Assembly: GCA_018712835.1 (NCBI GenBank)
Contig: DVGF01000038.1
Coordinates: forward strand, 1-63,859
DNA: 63,859 nt
Origin: Candidatus Ventrenecus stercoripullorum
GTDB lineage: Bacteria; Bacillota_I; Bacilli_A; RF39; UBA660
Direction: 5' to 3'
A program made the position numbers and the translations under genes. Under the pieces are notes generated by a model that saw nothing but the letters and a program-made list of their open reading frames with translations, was not told the DNA's origin and did no database searches. Below are positions 9,872 through 17,084 of the stretch, one piece after another. The stretch's first letter is position 1. Each line of letters starts with the position of its first letter.

Positions 9872-11713
9872 ATGTGCGGAATTGTAGGGTTTATAGACCA
9901 AAAAAAGAAAAAAGAAAAAACAGAAATTATTAAAAACATGGCAGACATGATAAAACACCGTGGACCAGATGGAGAAGGATACTTTGTAAATGACAAGGTA
10001 GCCTTAGGTCATAGAAGACTATCTATTATAGATGTAGAAGGTGGTTCTCAACCAATTTATAATGCTGATAAATCTTTAGTCATTATCTTTAATGGAGAAA
10101 TATACAATTATCAAAGCTTAAAAGAAGAGCTAAAAGGAAAAGGGTATAAATTTAAAACCAAAACAGATACGGAAGTCATTTTACATGGTTATGATGCATG
10201 GAAAGACAAACTCTACGAAAAACTAAGAGGAATGTTTTCCTTTGTAATTTATGACAAAAAAAACGATGAGCTAATCGGGGCCAGAGACCATTTTGGAATG
10301 AAACCATTCTACTATTACTATAAAGATGATGTTTTCATGTTTGCATCTGAAATAAAATCATTTCTAGCACACCCAGATTTTGAAAAAGAAGTAAACAAAG
10401 ATGCCTTAAAAATGTACTTGATTTTCCAATATTCTGTAAAAGAAGAAACATTCTTTAAAAATGTTTATAAACTAAAACCAGGTCATTATTTCCATTACAA
10501 AAACGGCAAATTGAAAGTAAAACCTTATTTTGAAGTTTCATTTGATAAAAACAAGAAAAAAAGCTTTGAAAGAATGGAAAGCGAACTTACCAATGTACTA
10601 GAAAGTTCTATCTATTACCATCAAACAACCAGTGATGTAGAGGTCGGAGCATACCTTTCTGGAGGAGTAGACTCATCATACGTTGTAAGTGTTGCCAAAC
10701 CAGATAAAACTTTTTCTGTTGGCTTCTCTTATGAAGGCTTTGATGAAACAGATTATGCCAAAGATTTATCAAAAATGTTAAAAATCACAAACTTTCGGGA
10801 AAAAATCAGCCCAGAAGATTTCTTTGATGCCTTACCAAAAGTAGAATGGCACACGGATGAACCACACGCTAATCTATCTACTGTACCTTTATATTTCTTA
10901 TCAGAATTAACAAGAAAACAAGTAAAAGTAGCGCTAGCTGGAGAAGGTTCTGATGAAATGTTTGGTGGCTATAACGAGTACAATGACCCGCTTGCATTAA
11001 GAATGTATTTGAAAGTTCCGTTATTCATTAGAAGAGGAATAAGAAATATCTGCAAACATCTGCCACATTTTCCAGGAAGAAATACCTTAGTGAAATATGG
11101 CCTTCCATTTAACGAAAGATATATTGGCCATGGCACATTCATGGAAGAGTGGGAAGCCAATAAAATACTAGCAGATGACTTAAAAAATGATGAAACGATT
11201 GCAAGTATTCTAGAACCATACTATAAAAAGGTGGAGAAAGAACCAGAACTTACCAAAAAAATGTTCATTGATTTCCATTTTTGGTTACCACAAGACATTC
11301 TTTTGAAAGCAGATAAAATGAGCATGTCGCATTCTATAGAGCTAAGAACTCCATTAATGGATATCGAAGTATTCAATTATGCACGTACACTTCCGAATAA
11401 ATTTCTTTTAAAAGACAAACAAACAAAATATATTTTTAGACGTATTAGTGAACATAAAATTCCAGAAGAGTGGTCAAAAAGAAGAAAATGTGGATTTCCA
11501 GTTCCATTTTCCAAATGGATCCGCGAAGAAAAATTTTATCAAAAAGTTCATGATGCTTTCAATTTATCATTCGTTCCAGAATTTTTTGACCAAAAATATA
11601 TCAACGAACTATTAGAAAATCACTATCACAAAAAAGAAAATAATGGTCGAAAAATATACAATATTTACTGTTTTATTGTCTGGTATCAACAATATTTTAA
11701 AAATTTTGAATAA
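9872..11713 (+). CDS. asnB: Asparagine synthase (glutamine-hydrolysing) family amidotransferase
   Basis: The start was moved to the ATG preceded by AGGAGG, which gives the obligatory N-terminal MCGIVGF nucleophile. PP-loop SGGVDSS is present. The track start at 9800 adds 24 non-homologous residues. Confidence 0.9.
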   Translation: MCGIVGFIDQKKKKEKTEIIKNMADMIKHRGPDGEGYFVNDKVALGHRRLSIIDVEGGSQPIYNADKSLVIIFNGEIYNYQSLKEELKGKGYKFKTKTDTEVILHGYDAWKDKLYEKLRGMFSFVIYDKKNDELIGARDHFGMKPFYYYYKDDVFMFASEIKSFLAHPDFEKEVNKDALKMYLIFQYSVKEETFFKNVYKLKPGHYFHYKNGKLKVKPYFEVSFDKNKKKSFERMESELTNVLESSIYYHQTTSDVEVGAYLSGGVDSSYVVSVAKPDKTFSVGFSYEGFDETDYAKDLSKMLKITNFREKISPEDFFDALPKVEWHTDEPHANLSTVPLYFLSELTRKQVKVALAGEGSDEMFGGYNEYNDPLALRMYLKVPLFIRRGIRNICKHLPHFPGRNTLVKYGLPFNERYIGHGTFMEEWEANKILADDLKNDETIASILEPYYKKVEKEPELTKKMFIDFHFWLPQDILLKADKMSMSHSIELRTPLMDIEVFNYARTLPNKFLLKDKQTKYIFRRISEHKIPEEWSKRRKCGFPVPFSKWIREEKFYQKVHDAFNLSFVPEFFDQKYINELLENHYHKKENNGRKIYNIYCFIVWYQQYFKNFE

Positions 11714-11739
11714 AATTAATAAAAAATGAAAAATTACAA

Positions 11740-11768
11740 TTGACATTAACCACCAATTTTGGTAATAT
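11740..11768 (+). promoter_or_regulatory. Promoter of the tRNA Val-Thr-Tyr-Gln-Lys operon
   Basis: TTGACA (11740-45), 17-nt spacer ending in TGg, TAATAT (11763-68). Confidence 0.6.
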
Positions 11769-11787
11769 TTTAAGTGTCAATTGAAAC

Positions 11788-11864
11788 GGGCGTTTAGCTC
11801 AGTTGGTTAGAGCATCTGCCTTACAAGCAGAGGGTCTGCGGTTCGAGTCCGTAAACGCCCACCA
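11788..11864 (+). tRNA. tRNA-Val(UAC)
   Basis: Cloverleaf GGGCGTT..AACGCCC, anticodon loop CTTACAA, T-loop TTCGAGT, encoded CCA. Confidence 0.95.
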
Positions 11865-11911
11865 TTATTTTTTTTGCCGAAATAGCGTAATTGGTAGCGC
11901 AACTGACTTGT

Positions 11912-12541
11912 GGGATAGAAGCCTAGTGCTTGTTGAACTATCTTGCACCTATAATTAGAAATGATTATAGTGGACGTCGCTAATTCGGGGAAAGCTAAGT
12001 AAACTGAAGGGGGATTATGGATTGCAAAAATTGTGGTAAACCATTAAAAAGAGGTAAAAGCTATTGTAGTAATGCTTGCCAACATCATTATGAATATAAA
12101 GAATATATTTATAAATGGAAAAATGGTTTAGCCAATGGCATGAAAGGAAAATATCAAGTATCCAATCACGTACGGCATTACTTATATGAAAAATATAATT
12201 ATCGCTGTGCATTATGTGGATGGAGCAAAATAAATCCTTTTAGCAATATTATTCCATTGGAAATTGAGCATATTGATGGCAATTATCTAAACAATTCAGA
12301 ATCCAATTTAACACTTTTATGTCCGAACTGTCATTCATTGGCTGCAACTTATAAAGGTGCAAATAGAGGAAATGGTAGAAAAGACAGAAAAAGATACAGT
12401 TTATATGCCAATCCCGAGCTAAAGGAAAATCCTTGAGTGTAGAGACTTTATACGACGAACCTAAGTCAACAATAAATTGATATGGTTAAGAGAAAGTCCA
12501 GACTACAAACACATTGTGGTAGTGAAAACTATAGTAGTACG
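11912..12541 (+). mobile_element. Group I intron (IC3-like) with embedded homing-endonuclease ORF
   Basis: It follows an exon U and ends in G. TAATTCGGGGAAAGCTAAG (11981-11999) resembles the P4/P5 core of the Azoarcus tRNA intron. CCAGACTACA (12498-12507) and AAACTATAGTAG (12526-12537) resemble the R and S/P7 elements. Confidence 0.8.
12017..12436 (+). CDS. HNH homing endonuclease (intron-encoded)
   Basis: N-terminal Cys cluster CKNCGKPL...CSNAC. HNH core LEIEHIDGNYLNNSESNLTLLCPNCHS. Strong RBS AAGGGGGA. Confidence 0.85.
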   Translation: MDCKNCGKPLKRGKSYCSNACQHHYEYKEYIYKWKNGLANGMKGKYQVSNHVRHYLYEKYNYRCALCGWSKINPFSNIIPLEIEHIDGNYLNNSESNLTLLCPNCHSLAATYKGANRGNGRKDRKRYSLYANPELKENP

Positions 12542-12589
12542 AATCAGTGGGTTGGGGGTTCGAGTCCCTCTTTCGGCACCATTTTTATT

Positions 12590-12673
12590 GGAGGGATAGC
12601 GAAGTGGTCAAACGCGGCAGACTGTAAATCTGTTCCTTCGGGTTCCATGGTTCAAATCCATGTCCCTCCACCA
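12590..12673 (+). tRNA. tRNA-Tyr(GUA)
   Basis: Acceptor GGAGGGA/TCCCTCC, loop CTGTAAA, long variable arm, CCA encoded. Confidence 0.95.
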
Positions 12674-12683
12674 TTATATATAT

Positions 12684-12759
12684 TGCCTCGTAGCCAAGTG
12701 GTAAGGCATCAGACTTTGACTCTGACATTCCGGTGGTTCGAACCCACCCGAGGCAGCCA
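12684..12759 (+). tRNA. tRNA-Gln(UUG)
   Basis: Acceptor TGCCTCG/CGAGGCA, loop CTTTGAC, CCA encoded. Confidence 0.95.
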
Positions 12760-12770
12760 TTCTTATTTTT

Positions 12771-12846
12771 GGTTCGCTAGCTCAGTAGGTAGAGCATTTG
12801 ACTTTTAATCAAAGGGTCTCGGGTTCGAATCCCGAGCGAGCCACCA
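12771..12846 (+). tRNA. tRNA-Lys(UUU)
   Basis: Acceptor GGTTCGC/GCGAGCC, loop CTTTTAA, T-loop TTCGAAT, CCA encoded. Confidence 0.95.
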
Positions 12847-12857
12847 GTTTATAAATA

Positions 12858-12883
12858 AACCTCGCATGATCGAGGTTTTTTCT
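12858..12883 (+). terminator. Terminator of the tRNA operon
   Basis: Stem AACCTCG/CGAGGTT followed by TTTTTT. Confidence 0.7.
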
Positions 12884-12945
12884 ATATAAAAATGCTAATA
12901 GAACTATGATCGAAAGAAAAATATACAGAAAATCATCAAAAATAG

Positions 12946-12974
12946 TTGCGTTTTCACACGTTATCGCATATAAT
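12946..12974 (+). promoter_or_regulatory. Promoter of the large ncRNA
   Basis: TTGCGT (12946-51), exactly 17-nt spacer, consensus TATAAT (12969-74). Confidence 0.6.
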
Positions 12975-12980
12975 GCTAAT

Positions 12981-13635
12981 ACATCAACGAAATCTAATAA
13001 ACTTGAAAGTTGCTCTTTGATAATTAGATAATGAACCGTATGAAAAACAAGGAGGCAACCTTGGACGGACTATATCTCGTGCTTATTACCTAATAGAGAG
13101 GTCTTTTAGGGGATTGGAGTAGATAATAATAGCAATATTATTGTCGGGACTTACAAAGTAAGAAAAGAGATATGGGTCGTTTAAAGTATTGGTTTATAAG
13201 GCACAGTCCTAATCGTGACAACCACAAACTTCTTTGGTAGAAAACAAAGAGATTCACTTTTCGACTTACTAGGGTGGCTTCCTAGAGAGAAGAAAAGAAT
13301 TAGCCAATAAGTCATTTTGCAGTTGATGTTTAGTGATAAACTATAAGATTAGAAACTGGTTAAAGTAGCACAAATCTGCAGGCCGAAAACGGTATAAGTG
13401 GTAAAGAAACGTTCAATTCGTTTAAGTTTCCTATGCGTGTGAAATTTGGGAGTGCAAGTCTCCTGTAGTGATCGTAGGTAGTTGAAGATTGAAGGTCGCT
13501 CCTTCATGAGGACAACTACTGGCTAGTGGCTGAAATAAAAAATAAACTGGTATTTTAAATGAATGAGAGAATCATCATTATCTAATTATCAAAAAGCAAT
13601 TATCAAAATACAACCGAAACATGGTTGTTTTTTCT
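12981..13635 (+). ncRNA. Large structured non-coding RNA (candidate ROOL-like ornate RNA; family not verified)
   Basis: The track shows no ORF of 60 aa or more on either strand between 12809 and 13671. The unit has its own promoter and terminator. An 18-bp perfect closing helix joins 13017-13034 and 13575-13592. Nested hairpins include 13122-13145 (10 bp, GCAA tetraloop), 13048-13063, 13270-13286, 13407-13423, 13448-13464 and 13478-13519. Confidence 0.65.
13610..13635 (+). terminator. Terminator of the large ncRNA
   Basis: Stem ACAACC/GGTTGT with loop gaaacat, followed by TTTTTT. Confidence 0.7.
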
Positions 13636-13686
13636 TTCCTTTTTTGAAATTAGTGTTATACTAAATTTAAATTGAGGGAGGGTATC

Positions 13687-15759
13687 ATGAATAAAAGAGA
13701 ATTATCAAAAAACGTTAAATTTTTAATGACACATTTAGAAGAATTATTTCAAGATGAAGACCATTTGTTTGATGAATATGTAAATTATGAAGTGCTACAT
13801 CAATTAGAAAAAGAATTAAACAACGAGTTTCAAGGTTTAATTGCAACAATTAACTACTACAAAGAACAGAAAGATAAAGCAAACGAAAGAAAATATCAAG
13901 AAGCAATAGAAATAGTAAAAGAACAGATGAACCATCTTAGCGCATACAAAAATGATTATCGAAAAAGACTAAAAAAAGAGAAAAGAAAACAAAAAGAGAA
14001 CCAAAAAAAATTACAACAAAAGAAAAGATTCAAACCAATTACCAAAGAACTTCCACCATCTCCTGTATTGGAAGACCTACTTCATTTAAAATCGCCTTAT
14101 ATGAATCAAGCATTTAAAGAGTTCATTATAGATATCAAAAGAAGTAAATATCTAGAAGAATACTACGTCGGATTAAAGTATAGTATGCCTGTAGAATTAG
14201 AAAAACTAATGAATAAAACGAACCATTTAACAGAAGAAGAGAAAGATGAACTAGCGATTGTAATTAGTGATGTTGCAAAAAATAAGAAAAGAAGTCTCGA
14301 TAAAAAAGATATAGGCTTTGAAATAGAACGATACTTTTTACAAGAAGTAATCAAATTACTATCTAACTTAAAATCTCCTGTGTATGAGGATATTCAAGAA
14401 GACACAACGCCATATTATAATATTTTAGTTTCTCTTTCCGAAAAAGATTATAATTACCCTTATATTGAAAGACTTTTAATAGAAAATCCTAAATTCATCA
14501 ATGCCAAAAAGAATGGAAAACCTATTGCGTTATACCTTGTAGAAGAATTTATCTATCATTATCGTCAAAAATTAATGAATCACAAAAATGATTGGATAGA
14601 TCCACAATTCTATAAAAAAATCATTTTATTAATGTGTCAGGAAGGCTTAAGTTTTTCCCAAACAGAAGAAGTAGAATTTTTCCAAAAGCTAGAAGAATTC
14701 AAAGATTACGCAAGTCAAAGAAGATATACAATGCTAAAAGACGTTTTAAAAGATATAGCAGAAATAGAAAATGCTTACGAAAGAAAAATAGAAAGAAATG
14801 AAGAGAAAGAAGAGACAATAAAACAAGAAATTCAACAAATAAAGAATTTTAAAATTCAAGATGCAGCATTATCCTTTATGAGAAAAGGTTATCCATACTA
14901 TGAGGCTTTCCAGTTCTCTAAAATAATGAATTATGCGTTTTCCATCACTTATAGGGATGACGGAAGTATAAACCTTCATATTCATATGTTAGATACATCT
15001 AGTATGATTGAAAAAGACAGTATATTATATGAAGAACTGAAAAAAGGAAAAGCATCACTTCCAAAGATGCATGTGAATAAAATATATCCTGTTATGACAT
15101 TTACATATAGTTTAAATAATAATAGAATAAGTAACTTAGAAGTATCTTCTTCAACAATTTTGATAAATAAAGTATACAAAGAAAAAGACTTAGATCATTA
15201 TCGCAGTATTCCTGAATTAAAGATGATGATTACCTTTCTAAAAAGATTAACACAAGCAAAAAATATTGACACAAATATTCACTATCAAGAAGGTGTAAAT
15301 GATACAATAAATAGTTCTTTAAATATGGATATTACTAAAAGTTTCAAAGAAAATAAAATGCCATTTATCTGGCAAGGACAACTAGAAAATTCTGAAGAAA
15401 TAATTAATGAAAACCATAATGCCGTATGCACAGAACTAATGAATATAAAAAAAGAAGAGGCACATAGTATTTTTAAAATATTAGATGAACCACCAACTGC
15501 CTTTTATACTGTGGAAAGTAAAGGTATATTAGAATTAGATAGCACAAAATTTTTAGGAATGTATTTATTAGAAACAATTCACACCATTCAAAGTGGAACA
15601 TACAATATCGAAGACGTACAAAAAAAATTAAAAGAAATTCTTGATGTTTTAAATAACACAGAAAAAGGTTATTACCCAACTTGTGCAGAACAAGAAGACT
15701 TAAAACTGTTACGAACGATACATCATGAATATAAAAAAGGACAGGAGCAAAATTCATGA
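13687..15759 (+). CDS. Hypothetical protein: N-terminal coiled coil, C-terminal degenerate RNB (RNase II/R)-like region
   Basis: The start was moved to the ATG after GAGGGAGGG. YAFSITYRDDGSINLHIHMLDTSSMIEKDS and PVMTFTYSLNNNRISNLEVSSSTILINKVY resemble the RNB core but lack its acidic catalytic residues. This is a weak call made by eye. Confidence 0.6.
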   Translation: MNKRELSKNVKFLMTHLEELFQDEDHLFDEYVNYEVLHQLEKELNNEFQGLIATINYYKEQKDKANERKYQEAIEIVKEQMNHLSAYKNDYRKRLKKEKRKQKENQKKLQQKKRFKPITKELPPSPVLEDLLHLKSPYMNQAFKEFIIDIKRSKYLEEYYVGLKYSMPVELEKLMNKTNHLTEEEKDELAIVISDVAKNKKRSLDKKDIGFEIERYFLQEVIKLLSNLKSPVYEDIQEDTTPYYNILVSLSEKDYNYPYIERLLIENPKFINAKKNGKPIALYLVEEFIYHYRQKLMNHKNDWIDPQFYKKIILLMCQEGLSFSQTEEVEFFQKLEEFKDYASQRRYTMLKDVLKDIAEIENAYERKIERNEEKEETIKQEIQQIKNFKIQDAALSFMRKGYPYYEAFQFSKIMNYAFSITYRDDGSINLHIHMLDTSSMIEKDSILYEELKKGKASLPKMHVNKIYPVMTFTYSLNNNRISNLEVSSSTILINKVYKEKDLDHYRSIPELKMMITFLKRLTQAKNIDTNIHYQEGVNDTINSSLNMDITKSFKENKMPFIWQGQLENSEEIINENHNAVCTELMNIKKEEAHSIFKILDEPPTAFYTVESKGILELDSTKFLGMYLLETIHTIQSGTYNIEDVQKKLKEILDVLNNTEKGYYPTCAEQEDLKLLRTIHHEYKKGQEQNS

Positions 15760-16682
15760 GTTATGTTTATCATGGAAGTCATACAAGTGGCCTCAAAAAA
15801 TTAATACCACACAAATCGACTCACGGAAATTATGTCTATGCTACAGAAGACAAAACTTTACCCGTGATATTTTCTGGGGTAGCCGGCGATGATTTAGTAT
15901 ATTCTCTATTTCGACAGAACACAGAACCTTGGCAGTTAGTAGAAAGAGTCCCTGAATGTTTCTCTGTAATATATAACACTTCTGCATCTGTTTACACATT
16001 AGAGTCCGATTCCTTTAAAGATATTCATACTGGTTTTACCGAGGTAGTATCCGAAACAGCAGTAGATGTCGTTCAAGAAGAAAAAATTCCTAATGTGTAT
16101 CAAGAACTAGAAAGGTTAGAAAAAGAAGGATTAATTCAAATATATCATTATCCTAAAAGACCAGAATCAATTCCAAAAGACGACTTGGATTTACTAGAGA
16201 GAACTATAGAATACACAAAAATGAATAATGGATCTGTCAACAAATTGACGTTTGAAAGATTATTATATTTACATCCAAACTTGCTAAAAAAAGTAAACGA
16301 AACGTTAAGTGATATGGGCGAACTGACTTATCAAAAAGAGGAACTCACGGATATTTTTGAAAAATTCATCTTTAAACAAATGACAAATCCAGAAAAAGAA
16401 TACTTTTTAAAATCTTCTATGCTACAAATAAGTACAACATATCCAAATCTCACAAATTCTTTGAAGCAAAAAATGGAAATCTTTTCAAAATCAAAAGAAG
16501 AAAAAGTAGAAAGATTGATTACTTTATTATCAAATTCTCTAGAAAATAACCCCGAGGTTTTTAAAATGCAAATGCAATCATTATACTTGAAAGATCCTAG
16601 ATCTTTGAAAGAAATTTCTAGAGAAATACTAGAAAAATATCAATTAACAAAAGCAACCAAAGAGCCAAATATTTTAAAATAA
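15756..16682 (+). CDS. Hypothetical protein (N-terminal YHGS...YVYAT motif)
   Basis: ATGA start/stop overlap with the upstream gene suggests translational coupling. The N-terminus VYHGSHTSGLKKLIP...GNYVYATED...VYTLES is reminiscent of H-Y-E ADP-ribosyltransferase folds. That link is speculative. Confidence 0.6.
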   Translation: MSYVYHGSHTSGLKKLIPHKSTHGNYVYATEDKTLPVIFSGVAGDDLVYSLFRQNTEPWQLVERVPECFSVIYNTSASVYTLESDSFKDIHTGFTEVVSETAVDVVQEEKIPNVYQELERLEKEGLIQIYHYPKRPESIPKDDLDLLERTIEYTKMNNGSVNKLTFERLLYLHPNLLKKVNETLSDMGELTYQKEELTDIFEKFIFKQMTNPEKEYFLKSSMLQISTTYPNLTNSLKQKMEIFSKSKEEKVERLITLLSNSLENNPEVFKMQMQSLYLKDPRSLKEISREILEKYQLTKATKEPNILK

Positions 16683-16776
16683 TATATTTGCCAAAAATTA
16701 CCAATTACAATATCCTTTATTTGACAAAATTTTTAGCTTTTTCTTGTTATAATACTATAGAAAAGAGAAAGTAAAA

Positions 16777-16998
16777 ATGAAAATAGTAGAAGAAAATAAG
16801 AAAAAAATCATTATTTTAGAAACAAATGAAGAAATTGAAGTAAAAACACTAAAAAGAAATCCCATTTCAATTTTCATTAAAGAAAAAGATGGAGCATTAT
16901 TAGTTGATGAAGTATCTGTAAAAAGAATTAAAGAGATTGCATTAGAAGAAGAACAAGTCAAAATTTTAAAAGAATACAATTTCAAAAAAAAGAAATAA
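16777..16998 (+). CDS. Small hypothetical protein (73 aa)
   Basis: Only a weak purine-rich stretch (GAGAAAG) lies upstream of the ATG. Charged sequence of low complexity. The antisense ORF 16755..17039 is probably spurious. Confidence 0.4.
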   Translation: MKIVEENKKKIIILETNEEIEVKTLKRNPISIFIKEKDGALLVDEVSVKRIKEIALEEEQVKILKEYNFKKKK

Positions 16999-17084
16999 AA
17001 AAGTGACAAAATTGTAGGAAAATAATACTTGGAAAACACTAGTATTATTTTTTCAATATGGTATACTTTATCATAGTGATTTAT

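Larger units (their letters stand above)
11876..12581 (+). tRNA. tRNA-Thr(UGU) interrupted by a group I intron (exons 11876..11911 and 12542..12581)
   Basis: The joined exons give a 76-nt cloverleaf: acceptor GCCGAAA/TTTCGGC, anticodon stem ACTGA/TCAGT, loop CTTGT|AA, T arm GGGGG-TTCGAGT-CCCTC, then ACCA. Confidence 0.85.

Noticed and set aside
9515-9996. Antisense or overlapping short ORFs in the track (also 2644-2859, 5891-6091, 6781-7178, 16755-17039, 28835-29149, 31256-31683, 34184-34411, 49868-50206, 58346-58654, 45752-45946 and others)
   Set aside because: They lie opposite to, or out of frame within, well-supported genes. They have skewed composition and no SD sequence. These are typical shadow ORFs.
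11912-11975. Attempt to locate the P1 internal guide sequence of the intron
   Set aside because: I could not find a convincing G(C/U)(A/G)(A/G)G complement to exon CUUGU by eye. The splice site is therefore inferred from tRNA consensus plus the U/G boundary rule only.
12489-12510. GAGAAAGTCCAGAC, reminiscent of the RNase P RNA GGAAAGUCC box
   Set aside because: It lies inside the intron and fits the group I R element context (CAGACTACA). No other RNase P conserved regions are nearby.
12482-12808. 108-aa ORF in the supplied track
   Set aside because: It runs through the intron 3' end and through tRNA-Thr exon 2, tRNA-Tyr, tRNA-Gln and tRNA-Lys. It is a read-through artefact of the tRNA sequences.
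13049-13093. SD-like AAGGAGG inside the large ncRNA followed by a TTG-initiated 10-codon ORF
   Set aside because: The AGGAGG is part of a CAAGG/CCTTG hairpin. The mini-ORF is trivial in length, and stop codons occur in all frames throughout the region.
12981-13635. Possibility that the ORF-free region is tmRNA, 6S, SRP or RNase P RNA, or a decayed gene
   Set aside because: I saw no tRNA-like CCA end or tag ORF, no RNase P or SRP conserved boxes, and it is far too long for 6S. The dedicated promoter, the terminator and the 18-bp terminal helix argue for a discrete RNA rather than a pseudogene.
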